64,000 bases of DNA from Candidatus Micrarchaeota archaeon (lineage in GTDB: Archaea > Micrarchaeota > Micrarchaeia > Anstonellales > Bilamarchaeaceae): NCBI GenBank assembly GCA_038046765.1, contig JBBSVN010000006.1:1-64000 (forward strand), in the 5' to 3' direction. A program made the position numbers and the translations under genes. The number at the start of each line of letters is the position of its first letter. Positions within the stretch are counted from its first letter, which is position 1. The notes under the pieces are model-generated. The model ran no database searches and was not told where the DNA came from. It worked only from the letters and a program-made list of their open reading frames with translations. This document shows positions 38,241 through 47,185 of this stretch, one piece after another.

Positions 38241-39149
38241 TTAAATAGTCAATGGACCTTTTGGCCCGATCAGCATAAATGCGACTAAAAATATAGACAA
38301 AATTGCACTTCGTATAAAAAAGTCTGTAAGTGTATGCTTTTGTTTGTCAATTGCACCGCCTTCGCGATACATCATGTAGCTTAAACCAGCAAGAACGATT
38401 GCACAAAGCCCAAAGAAAATATATAGAAAAGCGACAAGATTGTCGTTAAGGAGCATTATGGAAGTCATTGCACCCATGACTCCCGCCATTATTCCAGCCA
38501 TTATTCCTTCTAGCGCGCCCATTATCCCGCAGCATTTGCCAACATTAACTCCTAGCAATACTCCGATTGCAATGCCCACAACTGAACCGACGAACATCCC
38601 ATTAGTTGCCCCAACTAAAAGACCGATTAGAAAACCGCTAATCATCCCGATGGTCATGCCAGCCATCATACCATTCATGCAAGATAAATTTTTAGCATAG
38701 CAGAGAATGTGCGAGTATGAAAAAAGAATTAAAACTGAACTAAGAAGAACTAGGATAATTACTGGAAGGTAAACTGAAGTAAATGATAAAAATCCAAAGT
38801 AAGTTAAACCACCAAAAAGAATAAACAAACCGGCAAGTGAAGCGATTGCATTGTTAAAAAGAGCAGATTCATTTTCAACATGAGGTTCGTTCACAAGAAT
38901 TGAAGAGAAATAGGCTAAGAATCTTTTTGTGTCCCCTCTTTGTGTTTCTTTATTCTTTTCACTAAATCCTTTTTCAGCAAGGCTTTGCTTTAGAGCAGCA
39001 AACTTATCCTCATCAATAGATAGTTCAACCTTCCCGCTTTTTATGTTGATTAATTTGACTTTCCCGCCTTGTTTTTCAGTTACCATTGTAACTAATTTTT
39101 CGCAAGAATTGCAGGTCATTCCGTTTAGTTCTAAAGTAATATCTTTCAT
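38241..39149 (-). CDS. HMA domain fused to Met/Gly-rich multi-TM domain
   Basis: GMTCNSC; CMNGMMAGMTIGM...CCGIMG...MAGIMAGVMGAM. Confidence 0.8.
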   Translation of the reverse strand: MKDITLELNGMTCNSCEKLVTMVTEKQGGKVKLINIKSGKVELSIDEDKFAALKQSLAEKGFSEKNKETQRGDTKRFLAYFSSILVNEPHVENESALFNNAIASLAGLFILFGGLTYFGFLSFTSVYLPVIILVLLSSVLILFSYSHILCYAKNLSCMNGMMAGMTIGMISGFLIGLLVGATNGMFVGSVVGIAIGVLLGVNVGKCCGIMGALEGIMAGIMAGVMGAMTSIMLLNDNLVAFLYIFFGLCAIVLAGLSYMMYREGGAIDKQKHTLTDFFIRSAILSIFLVAFMLIGPKGPLTI

Positions 39150-39353
39150 TTATTCCACCTGGTAGCCTTCTTTTTTTATGATATTTTTAATCTCATTAAG
39201 AACTAGTTCATTTTCGTAAGAAACCCTAACTTGACCTTTACTAAAGTCAGAATTGACTTTTGTTACGCCTTTTATTTCCGAGATCGAATCATTAAGAATC
39301 ATTTCGCAGGATTTACAGTGCATTCCTTTTACGTTTAAGGTTTTTTCAATCAT
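39150..39353 (-). CDS. copZ: Copper chaperone (HMA)
   Basis: 67 aa, GMHCKSC, C-terminal GY. Confidence 0.88.
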   Translation of the reverse strand: MIEKTLNVKGMHCKSCEMILNDSISEIKGVTKVNSDFSKGQVRVSYENELVLNEIKNIIKKEGYQVE

Positions 39354-39822
39354 ATTTCTTCACCTCACATTTTCCATTTAAAGATTTTAAATTCAAATAC
39401 AACGAAACTAGAAGAAATCCGGTGCTAGCTATTGCAAAGTAAATACTTAATTCAGCAAAGAATCCAGTTATAGACCCTAATCCAAACCAGGCAAATATCG
39501 CCGGCTGGCAAAGAGGACAGGAACTAGCAAATAAAGATGCGAATATACCGAATATTCCTGTTGCTTTCTGCTCACTAATCTTACTAGTTTTTAGTATTTC
39601 ATTTTTATGAAACAAAACTACAAAATTTATTGATATCAAAAACGCAACAATTGCAACCAGAATTAGATTGACTGGTTCTATAAATGGATTAAGTGTCAAT
39701 TCCGGAAAAATTATTGCGTTTGAAGTAAACAAAAGCAAACTAAGAACAGCAAAAAAACTAGCAATAAGCAATGTAACTTGTTTTTTGCTAGCTAATGCTA
39801 AACTTAAGTTTTCAAGTATCAT
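39346..39822 (-). CDS. 4-TM membrane protein with CPLC motif
   Basis: Hydrophobic helices and SSCPLC. Confidence 0.75.
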   Translation of the reverse strand: MILENLSLALASKKQVTLLIASFFAVLSLLLFTSNAIIFPELTLNPFIEPVNLILVAIVAFLISINFVVLFHKNEILKTSKISEQKATGIFGIFASLFASSCPLCQPAIFAWFGLGSITGFFAELSIYFAIASTGFLLVSLYLNLKSLNGKCEVKKYD

Positions 39823-39826
39823 TTAT

Positions 39827-40288
39827 TTACACCACAGTTAATTTACCAGGCTGGAACATCCTCATTCCGCAGTTGTATTCAAAAGTTCCTGCCTGACTTG
39901 GAGTAAAATCGACTATTTGTTCTTGTCCGTTTTGTGAAATTGCACGAACATTAAGTCCATAAATAACCATTGCCCTTCCACAGCCAGCTCCTGGATCTGC
40001 GCTAAAGTGTAGCCGAACTGGAACTCCTTTTTTTACAGTAATTTGTTTGTTATCATAAGTACCTGAACTTAGGGCTTTAATATAAATCTCTTGTACACCC
40101 GCGGAACTACCAGCACCAGTTGGATTAGGATTAGTTGAGGGTGGGTTTGTTGAGGTATCTATTGGATAATCATAATTTGGGTTAACTCCCTTATTTGAAT
40201 TAGTAAACATATAGAATGCAAAAACAGAAACTATTAACAATCCGAATAACATTAATGTTGTTTTGTTAATCTTAATTTCATCCGACAT
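39827..40288 (-). CDS. Membrane-anchored cupredoxin (CupA-like)
   Basis: VKKGVPVRL, GC, FTP..AGTFEYNCGMRM; ATG 40288 with GAGGTTGA SD. Confidence 0.85.
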   Translation of the reverse strand: MSDEIKINKTTLMLFGLLIVSVFAFYMFTNSNKGVNPNYDYPIDTSTNPPSTNPNPTGAGSSAGVQEIYIKALSSGTYDNKQITVKKGVPVRLHFSADPGAGCGRAMVIYGLNVRAISQNGQEQIVDFTPSQAGTFEYNCGMRMFQPGKLTVV

Positions 40289-40320
40289 TTTTTCAACCTC
40301 TTTTGGAATAGATTTATATA

Positions 40321-40401
40321 TTTCATTTAAGTGAAACAATATATAATTAATGATGAAACAATCAAAAACTCAATTGAAACGATATTTCATAATAGTGAAA
40401 C
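40321..40401. promoter_or_regulatory. Operator array in the divergent cop/regulator promoter
   Basis: TGAAAC at 40332, 40354, 40375 and 40396; the outer two lie in TTTCA-N6-TGAAA palindromes. Confidence 0.6.
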
Positions 40402-40423
40402 AACACAGAGTAAGGTTACAATT

Positions 40424-40921
40424 ATGGAAGGAAAAAAGACAATCATATTCGGAATAATGGTATTTTCAATATTTATTTTTTTAGTTACCGTACTTGTAGT
40501 TGTATACGCATTATCTTCTAAAGGGCAAGAAGTTCCTGCGATATTAAACATATTTTTAGACTACCATTTACAGCTTATGATAATAATGGGCGTATTTGGA
40601 GTATTATCTGGTTTAGCTCTTTATAAAATGCTAAGCACAAAAATAGAAAAACAAGAGAAGGTAGTTAAGGGAAATTTAGAAATTATTATGAAATTCTTAG
40701 CGCAAGATGAACGGGAGATTATCAGGCTTCTTATGGATAAAGAAGGCATGACAACACAAAGCGAAATATCAAAACTTCCTGGAATGAGCCGATTAAAGGC
40801 ACACCGAGTAACTAAGAAACTTGAAGAACACGGAATTATTTTTATTGAAAAACATGGAAAGATTAATCTGATAAGACTAGTTGAGGAATTAAGAGGATTG
40901 GAAAAGGACAAGAGCAGCTAG
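40424..40921 (+). CDS. 2-TM membrane-anchored wHTH transcriptional regulator
   Basis: Two TM helices, then LAQDEREII...TTQSEI...MSRLKAHRVTKKLEEHGII; likely ATG at 40424. Confidence 0.8.
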   Translation: MEGKKTIIFGIMVFSIFIFLVTVLVVVYALSSKGQEVPAILNIFLDYHLQLMIIMGVFGVLSGLALYKMLSTKIEKQEKVVKGNLEIIMKFLAQDEREIIRLLMDKEGMTTQSEISKLPGMSRLKAHRVTKKLEEHGIIFIEKHGKINLIRLVEELRGLEKDKSS

Positions 40922-40933
40922 TTAGAAGTTATA

Positions 40934-41734
40934 TTATTTTATCTGAATCCTTGAGCCTTTAGCAAGTTCCTTTGCAGATAATACCCCGCCTTTAAAAGCT
41001 CTTCTAACAGCACTCGGATCGGAATCAGGAGATAACAAAATTTCAGTTTCCCTTAATTTAGTTTCTATTCTTTTCAAAAAATATTCTAAGCTCAAACGCT
41101 TTTTTCCATCTTTTTCGCTTCTTAATTGAATGTCTAACTTTTCCTTTAACTGACCTAGTTCTAAGGTATTAAGAAATTTATCGATGCAAACTTCAATAGC
41201 CAAAACAGCATCAAAAAATATATCTTTATTAGGATTTTGAAGACCTACAATTAGAGAATCTACAATACTAGACATATGACCCGGTTTGATTGGTACGGGA
41301 GTACGTTTTTTAGCTTGAAGAATACATAGTAATGTAAGAGCTACGATATACCGCGTATTTTGATCTGAGTTTTCAAGGCATAAAGTCAAAGGCTCAAAAG
41401 CACGAAAGATCTTGATTTTATGGTCTCCAAGAAATTTCAAAACATAAACTGAATTATAAAGAAGATCTTTATTTGACAGTGCAGTACAAAGTTTATCAAG
41501 TACGATTTCTTCTGTTCTTGGGTCTTGACTAGCAGACATTAAAGCTATAACTGCAGCAGGATTTGAAGTTTTATTTGAATCTAGTACGGATTCAATCAGG
41601 GAATCGATCGCTTTTTCAATGCTAACTCCACTTATAGGAAGATTTGCTAAAGCTAACCCTGCAGCAGAACGGAGATTTTGATCAGGAGACCGTAGATTTT
41701 TTATTAGTTCGTCGATTGTTGATTCAGTGGTCAT
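40934..41734 (-). CDS. HEAT-repeat protein
   Basis: LIKNLRSPDQNLRSAAGLAL and LENSDQNTRYIVALTL repeats. Confidence 0.72.
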   Translation of the reverse strand: MTTESTIDELIKNLRSPDQNLRSAAGLALANLPISGVSIEKAIDSLIESVLDSNKTSNPAAVIALMSASQDPRTEEIVLDKLCTALSNKDLLYNSVYVLKFLGDHKIKIFRAFEPLTLCLENSDQNTRYIVALTLLCILQAKKRTPVPIKPGHMSSIVDSLIVGLQNPNKDIFFDAVLAIEVCIDKFLNTLELGQLKEKLDIQLRSEKDGKKRLSLEYFLKRIETKLRETEILLSPDSDPSAVRRAFKGGVLSAKELAKGSRIQIK

Positions 41735-41846
41735 AGTATCACAATTTTTGTTACAATAATTATACTTAAGTGTATAAACAATTTATAAAGGTTGTGTTTA
41801 CGTTGTAGTTGTCGATTTAACTGAAAACAATGTAAACGAAGAATAA

Positions 41847-42275
41847 CTATTGTTTCCACTTTTTATCTATCGCATACCAAAGAACAAGTATTGAAAGAAT
41901 TCCCAACAGAGGTCTAATCGGATTTATTACATCATACATAAAGCCAAAACCAAACAACAAGACAAGAAGCTTATTGCACGTGGGGCAGCTAAATGCCAGA
42001 AAACCTAAAATCCCCCCTCCAAAAGCAGTTTTGTTTGGTTCACAGATTTTATTTTCCGGAAGTACAAGATAAACCGCAGACAAAATAGATGTTACAACAA
42101 GGAAGATATAATCTAAAGGCGTTGCAGGAATCACGCGTATGTATGAAATTATAGGATTGGACAAAAGAGCTGTAGGTATTGCGAATAGTAGCAATAAACC
42201 AATAAAATAAAGAAATGATTTGACACGAACTTTCGAATCAGTAAATGAGAATATTATTGCGCGTATAAATTTCAT
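41847..42275 (-). CDS. 4-TM membrane protein with CPTC motif (paralog of 59476..59910)
   Basis: FSCPTCNK; about 80% identical to the 59476 product by manual count. Confidence 0.8.
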   Translation of the reverse strand: MKFIRAIIFSFTDSKVRVKSFLYFIGLLLLFAIPTALLSNPIISYIRVIPATPLDYIFLVVTSILSAVYLVLPENKICEPNKTAFGGGILGFLAFSCPTCNKLLVLLFGFGFMYDVINPIRPLLGILSILVLWYAIDKKWKQ

Positions 42276-42281
42276 AGTTGA

Positions 42282-42443
42282 TCAATTCGTTTTTACTGCA
42301 TGTTTTGTAATTTCTAAAGAACAACTTTTGTACTTTTTACAAAAATCTTCACAAGCCTCTGCCAGTTTCTTTTTATTATACCTCAAGTTACATACATCAC
42401 AAAGGTAAATGTTTGTTCCTTTGTATTTTTCTTCTTTTACCAT
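42282..42443 (-). CDS. Small Cys-rich (Zn-finger-like) protein
   Basis: CDVC...CEDFC...CS; ATG 42443 after GTGGTGG. Confidence 0.7.
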   Translation of the reverse strand: MVKEEKYKGTNIYLCDVCNLRYNKKKLAEACEDFCKKYKSCSLEITKHAVKTN

Positions 42444-42453
42444 AGCCACCACT

Positions 42454-42774
42454 TTAGAAACATACAACCTTATCGCTATCTTTAACTAGCGCATAAAGTT
42501 CGCTAATTGATGACATTGGACACAGATTATCGCCAGATTTATTTCGAAGCTTTAAGCAAGTGCCGCACGCAAGAATTGCACCTCCAGATGAAACAAATCT
42601 TTCAGCTTCGCTCTTTGCAGGGAAATGATCTGTACTTTTTTCTTCATAGTCAACTGCTTTTCCTACAAGAAAAACACTTACGTCATCTCCTTCCTTTTTT
42701 GAGAAATTTGCAAGCCTAAATGCGTTCCAGATTGATTCTATATCTTCGCTGGATATTACAACCCCAAGTTTCAT
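42454..42774 (-). CDS. DsrE/DsrF-like sulfur-relay protein
   Basis: WNAFRLANF, VFL, ACGTCLKLR and SDKVV motifs. Confidence 0.85.
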   Translation of the reverse strand: MKLGVVISSEDIESIWNAFRLANFSKKEGDDVSVFLVGKAVDYEEKSTDHFPAKSEAERFVSSGGAILACGTCLKLRNKSGDNLCPMSSISELYALVKDSDKVVCF

Positions 42775-42785
42775 TTTAGATCACC

Positions 42786-43499
42786 TTATTTAGTATTTTT
42801 ATTGCCACTTCCAATTTTATTAAGAATCGGTACAGTATAATATCCTGCTGCAATTCCTGCGATTGCGCCAGTTATCCATCTTATAAGATTGGTACTTTCC
42901 TTTAACCCAAATGAAGAAAGCCAGTAATAAGATGAATTATTAAAAATTCCTGCTAATAGCTGAGATGTGCCATCGATTCCCATTGGAATTAATGCGAAAA
43001 TAAACCATATGCCCGCTTGTTTTCTTGTATCATTTTTTCCAAAAACAAAAGGATAGACGAGCATGATTAAGAACCAGGGTATGTAAATTGCATAATCCCT
43101 TGTGTCATTCGCAAATTTATAACCTATTTTCCCGTTACGCTCTACTTTTTCAGCCTTATTCCTTCCTATCTGGCCTTGCTTATAATCTGAAAAACTGATA
43201 TTAGTATATCTTGGATCTCCATTTGTCGTGTAAAGGGTAAAAATCTTTGCGTCACTTTCCTTTCCCTGCACTATGCAATCTTCATAAGAATACACTCCTT
43301 TTGAATCTTTCATTATACATTCCGAACGATATATCCATTGATGATCATAATTATGCAAATTATAAAGCGCGGCGCCAGCCTGTTCAAAACCGGCAAAAAT
43401 CAGAAAGGGTGGCAGGAGTATTGAAACGTTTAGTAAGAATAATACTGCAATTGCAAAATAATACGCCCTGCTTTCTGTAAATAAATTTTTGTTTAACAT
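42786..43499 (-). CDS. DUF2085-like membrane protein (Cys positions replaced)
   Basis: DHQ...RS, DTRD, PMGIDG.SQ and ESTNLIRWITG motifs. Confidence 0.7.
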   Translation of the reverse strand: MLNKNLFTESRAYYFAIAVLFLLNVSILLPPFLIFAGFEQAGAALYNLHNYDHQWIYRSECIMKDSKGVYSYEDCIVQGKESDAKIFTLYTTNGDPRYTNISFSDYKQGQIGRNKAEKVERNGKIGYKFANDTRDYAIYIPWFLIMLVYPFVFGKNDTRKQAGIWFIFALIPMGIDGTSQLLAGIFNNSSYYWLSSFGLKESTNLIRWITGAIAGIAAGYYTVPILNKIGSGNKNTK

Positions 43500-43503
43500 A
43501 TAT

Positions 43504-43761
43504 CTACCTTTCAAAATACTCGGATATTTTTTCATAAATTACCCCTGTAACAAAACCGAATATGCTCCATATGGCTGCCCCGATTGCAATATTTAATATG
43601 TTAAAGGGCTGTCGCGTATAAACGAATGTGGCATGCGTAAGGTAAGATACTGCATTAGCAACAATTTCCGCTGGTAGTACATAAATCAATGCCGCGCATA
43701 AAACTGAAAGAGCAGGGAACAAAACACCCAGTTTCTTTCCAACCAAAAATTCTTTACCCAT
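43504..43761 (-). CDS. Small 2-TM membrane protein
   Basis: Hydrophobic 85 aa with Cys/His; GGTGA SD. Confidence 0.65.
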   Translation of the reverse strand: MGKEFLVGKKLGVLFPALSVLCAALIYVLPAEIVANAVSYLTHATFVYTRQPFNILNIAIGAAIWSIFGFVTGVIYEKISEYFER

Positions 43762-43806
43762 ATCAGATCACCTTCTTTTTATTTGTTTTTATTATATTAA
43801 TTAAAA

Positions 43807-44763
43807 TCAAACAGCACAGTTCCCCCCGTAGATTTTTACAGCAGGCACATCTTTTACTTTCTCTCTTATGCTGGAAGAACCCGAAGCGCTTGAATAGTTA
43901 AATGATAGAATTTCCCGTGGGTCAATGCTTTCCCAGCTTCTGTTTTGCATATCAAAATAAACCGCAAGCTCATAATATGTTTGCGGGAACCAATAGCTAT
44001 TGGCAATTAAGAGGGCATCATAAATATTCTCCTCGCTTGCATTTTGATAAGCCATCCATTCGATTAACCCAAGTGCAGCCATCCCATGGTTACAATCAGG
44101 AAATGAAGTGGGGTTGTTGCAACACGGCCTATATGTACTTGAGGATATTTTTTCAACAAGCTGTTGCTGCTTTTTGTTCAGTTTTATAATCGGAACGCTC
44201 GAATAAAGTGCACCACCGCTTGCATCCCCAAGAGGCCATCCGCCGGTGCTGGCATATTTTGGAATCATGTAATCCTGTTCTGCCATTGTTCCGTTGTCAA
44301 GTACGTTATTTTTGTTAACCAAACCAAACGCCCAAAACAGATTTAGTAAAAATTGTGAATTTTGCCGATCGATACTTATAAATGCTGTGCTCCCATTTTC
44401 CAGTATCCCCATCTGTTCGCCATCAAGTGGATAACCGTTTCTTTGCATAACTAAACTAAACTTATCCAGGTTCAATGATCCACTTTTAATTGTCTTAGGT
44501 CCAAGATCGTTCCATTTTGCATTTAATATAACCCGCTTTGAAGGCACGACCTTTTCCAAAAGTTCGTTTAGTTTTTCTGTTTCATTTTTTTGAGTATTGT
44601 TAATTGTTTTATTTGCAATGCTGGTTGCGGCAGGGCTTGTACTGAGATTGGATACGAAAGAATTTTTCTCAACAGTAAAAGGTGAAGTTTTTGATCCTGC
44701 ACCAAGGCAGCCGAATGCTGCAAAAATTATAAATGCCAAAAATAAAAAATAAAAAAGTTTCAT
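43807..44763 (-). CDS. Lipoprotein with CC...CxH motif and C-terminal GGNC
   Basis: AFGC lipobox, RPCCNNPTSFPDCNHG, YWFP, GGNCAV. Confidence 0.8.
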   Translation of the reverse strand: MKLFYFLFLAFIIFAAFGCLGAGSKTSPFTVEKNSFVSNLSTSPAATSIANKTINNTQKNETEKLNELLEKVVPSKRVILNAKWNDLGPKTIKSGSLNLDKFSLVMQRNGYPLDGEQMGILENGSTAFISIDRQNSQFLLNLFWAFGLVNKNNVLDNGTMAEQDYMIPKYASTGGWPLGDASGGALYSSVPIIKLNKKQQQLVEKISSSTYRPCCNNPTSFPDCNHGMAALGLIEWMAYQNASEENIYDALLIANSYWFPQTYYELAVYFDMQNRSWESIDPREILSFNYSSASGSSSIREKVKDVPAVKIYGGNCAV

Positions 44764-44767
44764 AATT

Positions 44768-45148
44768 TTACCTCATCATCCCTCCCATCATGTTTCTTGC
44801 GTTAGCCCCATTTTGCATCATTTGATTTAATTCAGAAGAATCTATGTTGCCATTATTCATCATGCTTTGCATATTTTCACCCATACCTAGGGAGCTGTTA
44901 TATAATTTATCGATTTTTTCAAAGTCACTCTGGTTCATTAGGTTATTTTTCATCATCGAACTTGCCATCATGCGCATCATTCCAGAATTCATCATATTTA
45001 TGTTTGCATTAGCTTGCATCATGCCATAATTAGTTCTTGCCAAATCAGTTGTTGCACTGTAATTAAACCAAAGCAGTAAAATTACAATAACTAATCCGCT
45101 TGTTGTTGTCCAGACAAACCATCCTGGAAAATTATTTTCTTTTGCCAT
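44768..45148 (-). CDS. Single-TM Met-rich protein (paralog of 35358..35738)
   Basis: Shared MAK.NNFP.WFVWTT and GMMRMMA.SMMKNNLM; both 126 aa. Confidence 0.75.
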   Translation of the reverse strand: MAKENNFPGWFVWTTTSGLVIVILLLWFNYSATTDLARTNYGMMQANANINMMNSGMMRMMASSMMKNNLMNQSDFEKIDKLYNSSLGMGENMQSMMNNGNIDSSELNQMMQNGANARNMMGGMMR

Positions 45149-45160
45149 ATATTTTCACCT

Positions 45161-45370
45161 CTAATTTTTACCTGTTTCAGACATCTTTAAAATTATTTTA
45201 CCGAACAAAAACCCAGTAGTTATCCATAGGATTGCCCCAATAATCAAAAACAGGTCCGGCTTAAAATTTAGCAAAACCACACATATTGCAAACAAACCGG
45301 AAAATGCCAATGCTAGAGCATATGGCAAGTATTTGTTATAGGCAAGTAATTTCGTTTTTAGTTCATCCAT
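45161..45370 (-). CDS. Small 2-TM membrane protein
   Basis: 69 aa hydrophobic; GAGGT SD, coupled to the upstream gene. Confidence 0.65.
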   Translation of the reverse strand: MDELKTKLLAYNKYLPYALALAFSGLFAICVVLLNFKPDLFLIIGAILWITTGFLFGKIILKMSETGKN

Positions 45371-45624
45371 TATTTTACCTCAGCTAGTTTTCTCCTCAAA
45401 TCTTTTTCGTTTGGCACACCCGTAAATTCAAGTTTGCCATTGATAACTATTCCGGGTGCGGACATGAACGGATACTTTTGCAAAAGCTCCGGGTGCTCAA
45501 GTACATCGTACTCCTTAACTTCAATAGGAATATCCTTACTTATATTCTGAAGCATCCTTTTTACAGTAGCGCACGTCCCGCATCCGGGAGTTGAAAGAAT
45601 TAAAACTTCAATCATGTTGACCAC
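45370..45624 (-). CDS. Thioredoxin/glutaredoxin-like protein
   Basis: TPGCGTC and SAPGIVING. Confidence 0.88.
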   Translation of the reverse strand: MVNMIEVLILSTPGCGTCATVKRMLQNISKDIPIEVKEYDVLEHPELLQKYPFMSAPGIVINGKLEFTGVPNEKDLRRKLAEVK

Positions 45625-45786
45625 CTACATTATTACCTGTGATTTTCCTTTAAGATAATCTTCTGGTGCGCTATCAAAAGCCCATTTGCAGCTTGCACTG
45701 CAAAAATAATATGCTTTACCCTGGTACGTGCTTTTTGCAGCATTTTTTTCATCCACTTCCATATCGCATACAAAATCCTTTTTCAT
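45625..45786 (-). CDS. YHS/TRASH domain metal-binding protein (53 aa)
   Basis: Not in ORF track; translates MKKDFVCDMEVDEKNAAKSTYQGKAYYFCSASCKWAFDSAPEDYL... Confidence 0.88.
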   Translation of the reverse strand: MKKDFVCDMEVDEKNAAKSTYQGKAYYFCSASCKWAFDSAPEDYLKGKSQVIM

Positions 45787-45788
45787 AC

Positions 45789-46904
45789 TTAGCCACCTTC
45801 TATACCGTATAATATTTCATGCGCATTTAACCCGACATTAAATTGTATTAACCCCCAAATTAGGAATATGATTGCAACAATTACAACTTCCTTTTTAGCT
45901 CGGGGATTTCTTATGTAATAAACTCCTACAACGCTTAGGGTGAATAAAAGATTTGCCAAAGCACCGTATTCCACAAAAAGAACTTTTGCTTCAACTTGCT
46001 CAATCACATTTTCTATATTTGCTTCCCCTAACATCTTACCGCCGATTTTCATAAATCCGTAATTAAGACCTTCATGGAATATGCCACCTTCATACCAAAG
46101 ATGCCCAAAAGCACCGTTTAGTAGTATAAAACTGCCCATTAAAACCAAAGCCCACGCTGTTGCTTTTTCAACATTTGATCTGCTCTTTTTTATCAAGTCA
46201 AGTGCATTTACTCCAAGTATTCCCAAGACTACTAAGAATATCAATGGTGTTGCCCTGCCTATTCCGTTCATCGCCATGAGCAAAGCACCCTGAACCGGAT
46301 CTCCTGTTGTTGCTGCAAAGGTAAGAAGAACATAAGTTATCGGATTGGGGCAACCAACTCCGGCATTTCCAAGCAACAGACCCAAAAGGAAAACCTTCAG
46401 ATAATCCGATTGTTGCTCGATAAATTTTGGCATCCCTGCGTAAGTTGGCAGATTTATATTTATCAATTTTAATTCCATTAAGCCAAATATAACCGAGGCA
46501 ATACCGGCAAGCGCGTACATTATTCTAGTTGCGCTGTCAAGCCCCAAATACTGCCCCATTATTGCAACGACTGCACCATATATAGAAAGGGTAATCGTAA
46601 GCCCTAAGCCGAATAATATAGCCATCAGCAATCCTTTTCTCCATGCTACAAGGATACTAATTGGAACTATGACAAAAACCAGCGGAAGGGTACATGGTAA
46701 AAATATGTTCGATATCCCACCTGCATATGCAAGAATCATGGTTGCTGTTGCCTGGGGAGTTGAAGATAAATAAACCAGACTAAAGAGAATAACTGAAAAC
46801 AGAACAAATGCAGATGCTACCAGAATTGTCCTACTGTTTTTTTCTGAATCCGTGACCTCTTTTTTTGGTTGTAGTCTATCTTTTTCTTCCATGGAATCAA
46901 CCAT
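45789..46904 (-). CDS. CcdA/DsbD-beta family membrane thiol transporter
   Basis: FLPCTLP and GCPNP redox Cys in TM helices. Confidence 0.8.
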   Translation of the reverse strand: MVDSMEEKDRLQPKKEVTDSEKNSRTILVASAFVLFSVILFSLVYLSSTPQATATMILAYAGGISNIFLPCTLPLVFVIVPISILVAWRKGLLMAILFGLGLTITLSIYGAVVAIMGQYLGLDSATRIMYALAGIASVIFGLMELKLININLPTYAGMPKFIEQQSDYLKVFLLGLLLGNAGVGCPNPITYVLLTFAATTGDPVQGALLMAMNGIGRATPLIFLVVLGILGVNALDLIKKSRSNVEKATAWALVLMGSFILLNGAFGHLWYEGGIFHEGLNYGFMKIGGKMLGEANIENVIEQVEAKVLFVEYGALANLLFTLSVVGVYYIRNPRAKKEVVIVAIIFLIWGLIQFNVGLNAHEILYGIEGG

Positions 46905-46950
46905 TTATATTTTTTAATTTTTTTAGTTTATCATTTTATCTTTTTTTTAT

Positions 46951-47139
46951 TTATCTGCCTAATATTAATCCGGCAACCAAAATGATTACCAAAACAACTG
47001 CGATTATGGCCATCCAGTTTGTCTGCCCTTGCGGTGACTGTGAACTCTGCGCATTTTGCGAGTTATGGTTAGAATGATCCATCTGCCCTGTATTTTGTGT
47101 TCCTTTATTTCCCGTATCGTTTCCTCCGCAACAACCCAT
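46951..47139 (-). CDS. Small tail-anchored protein with N-terminal MGCCGG and MDH motif
   Basis: AAGGTGA SD before ATG 47139; C-terminal TM. Confidence 0.7.
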   Translation of the reverse strand: MGCCGGNDTGNKGTQNTGQMDHSNHNSQNAQSSQSPQGQTNWMAIIAVVLVIILVAGLILGR

Positions 47140-47185
47140 ATATTTCACCTTGTTTTTTATTGTTTTATTTTTCACTTTTATAGTT

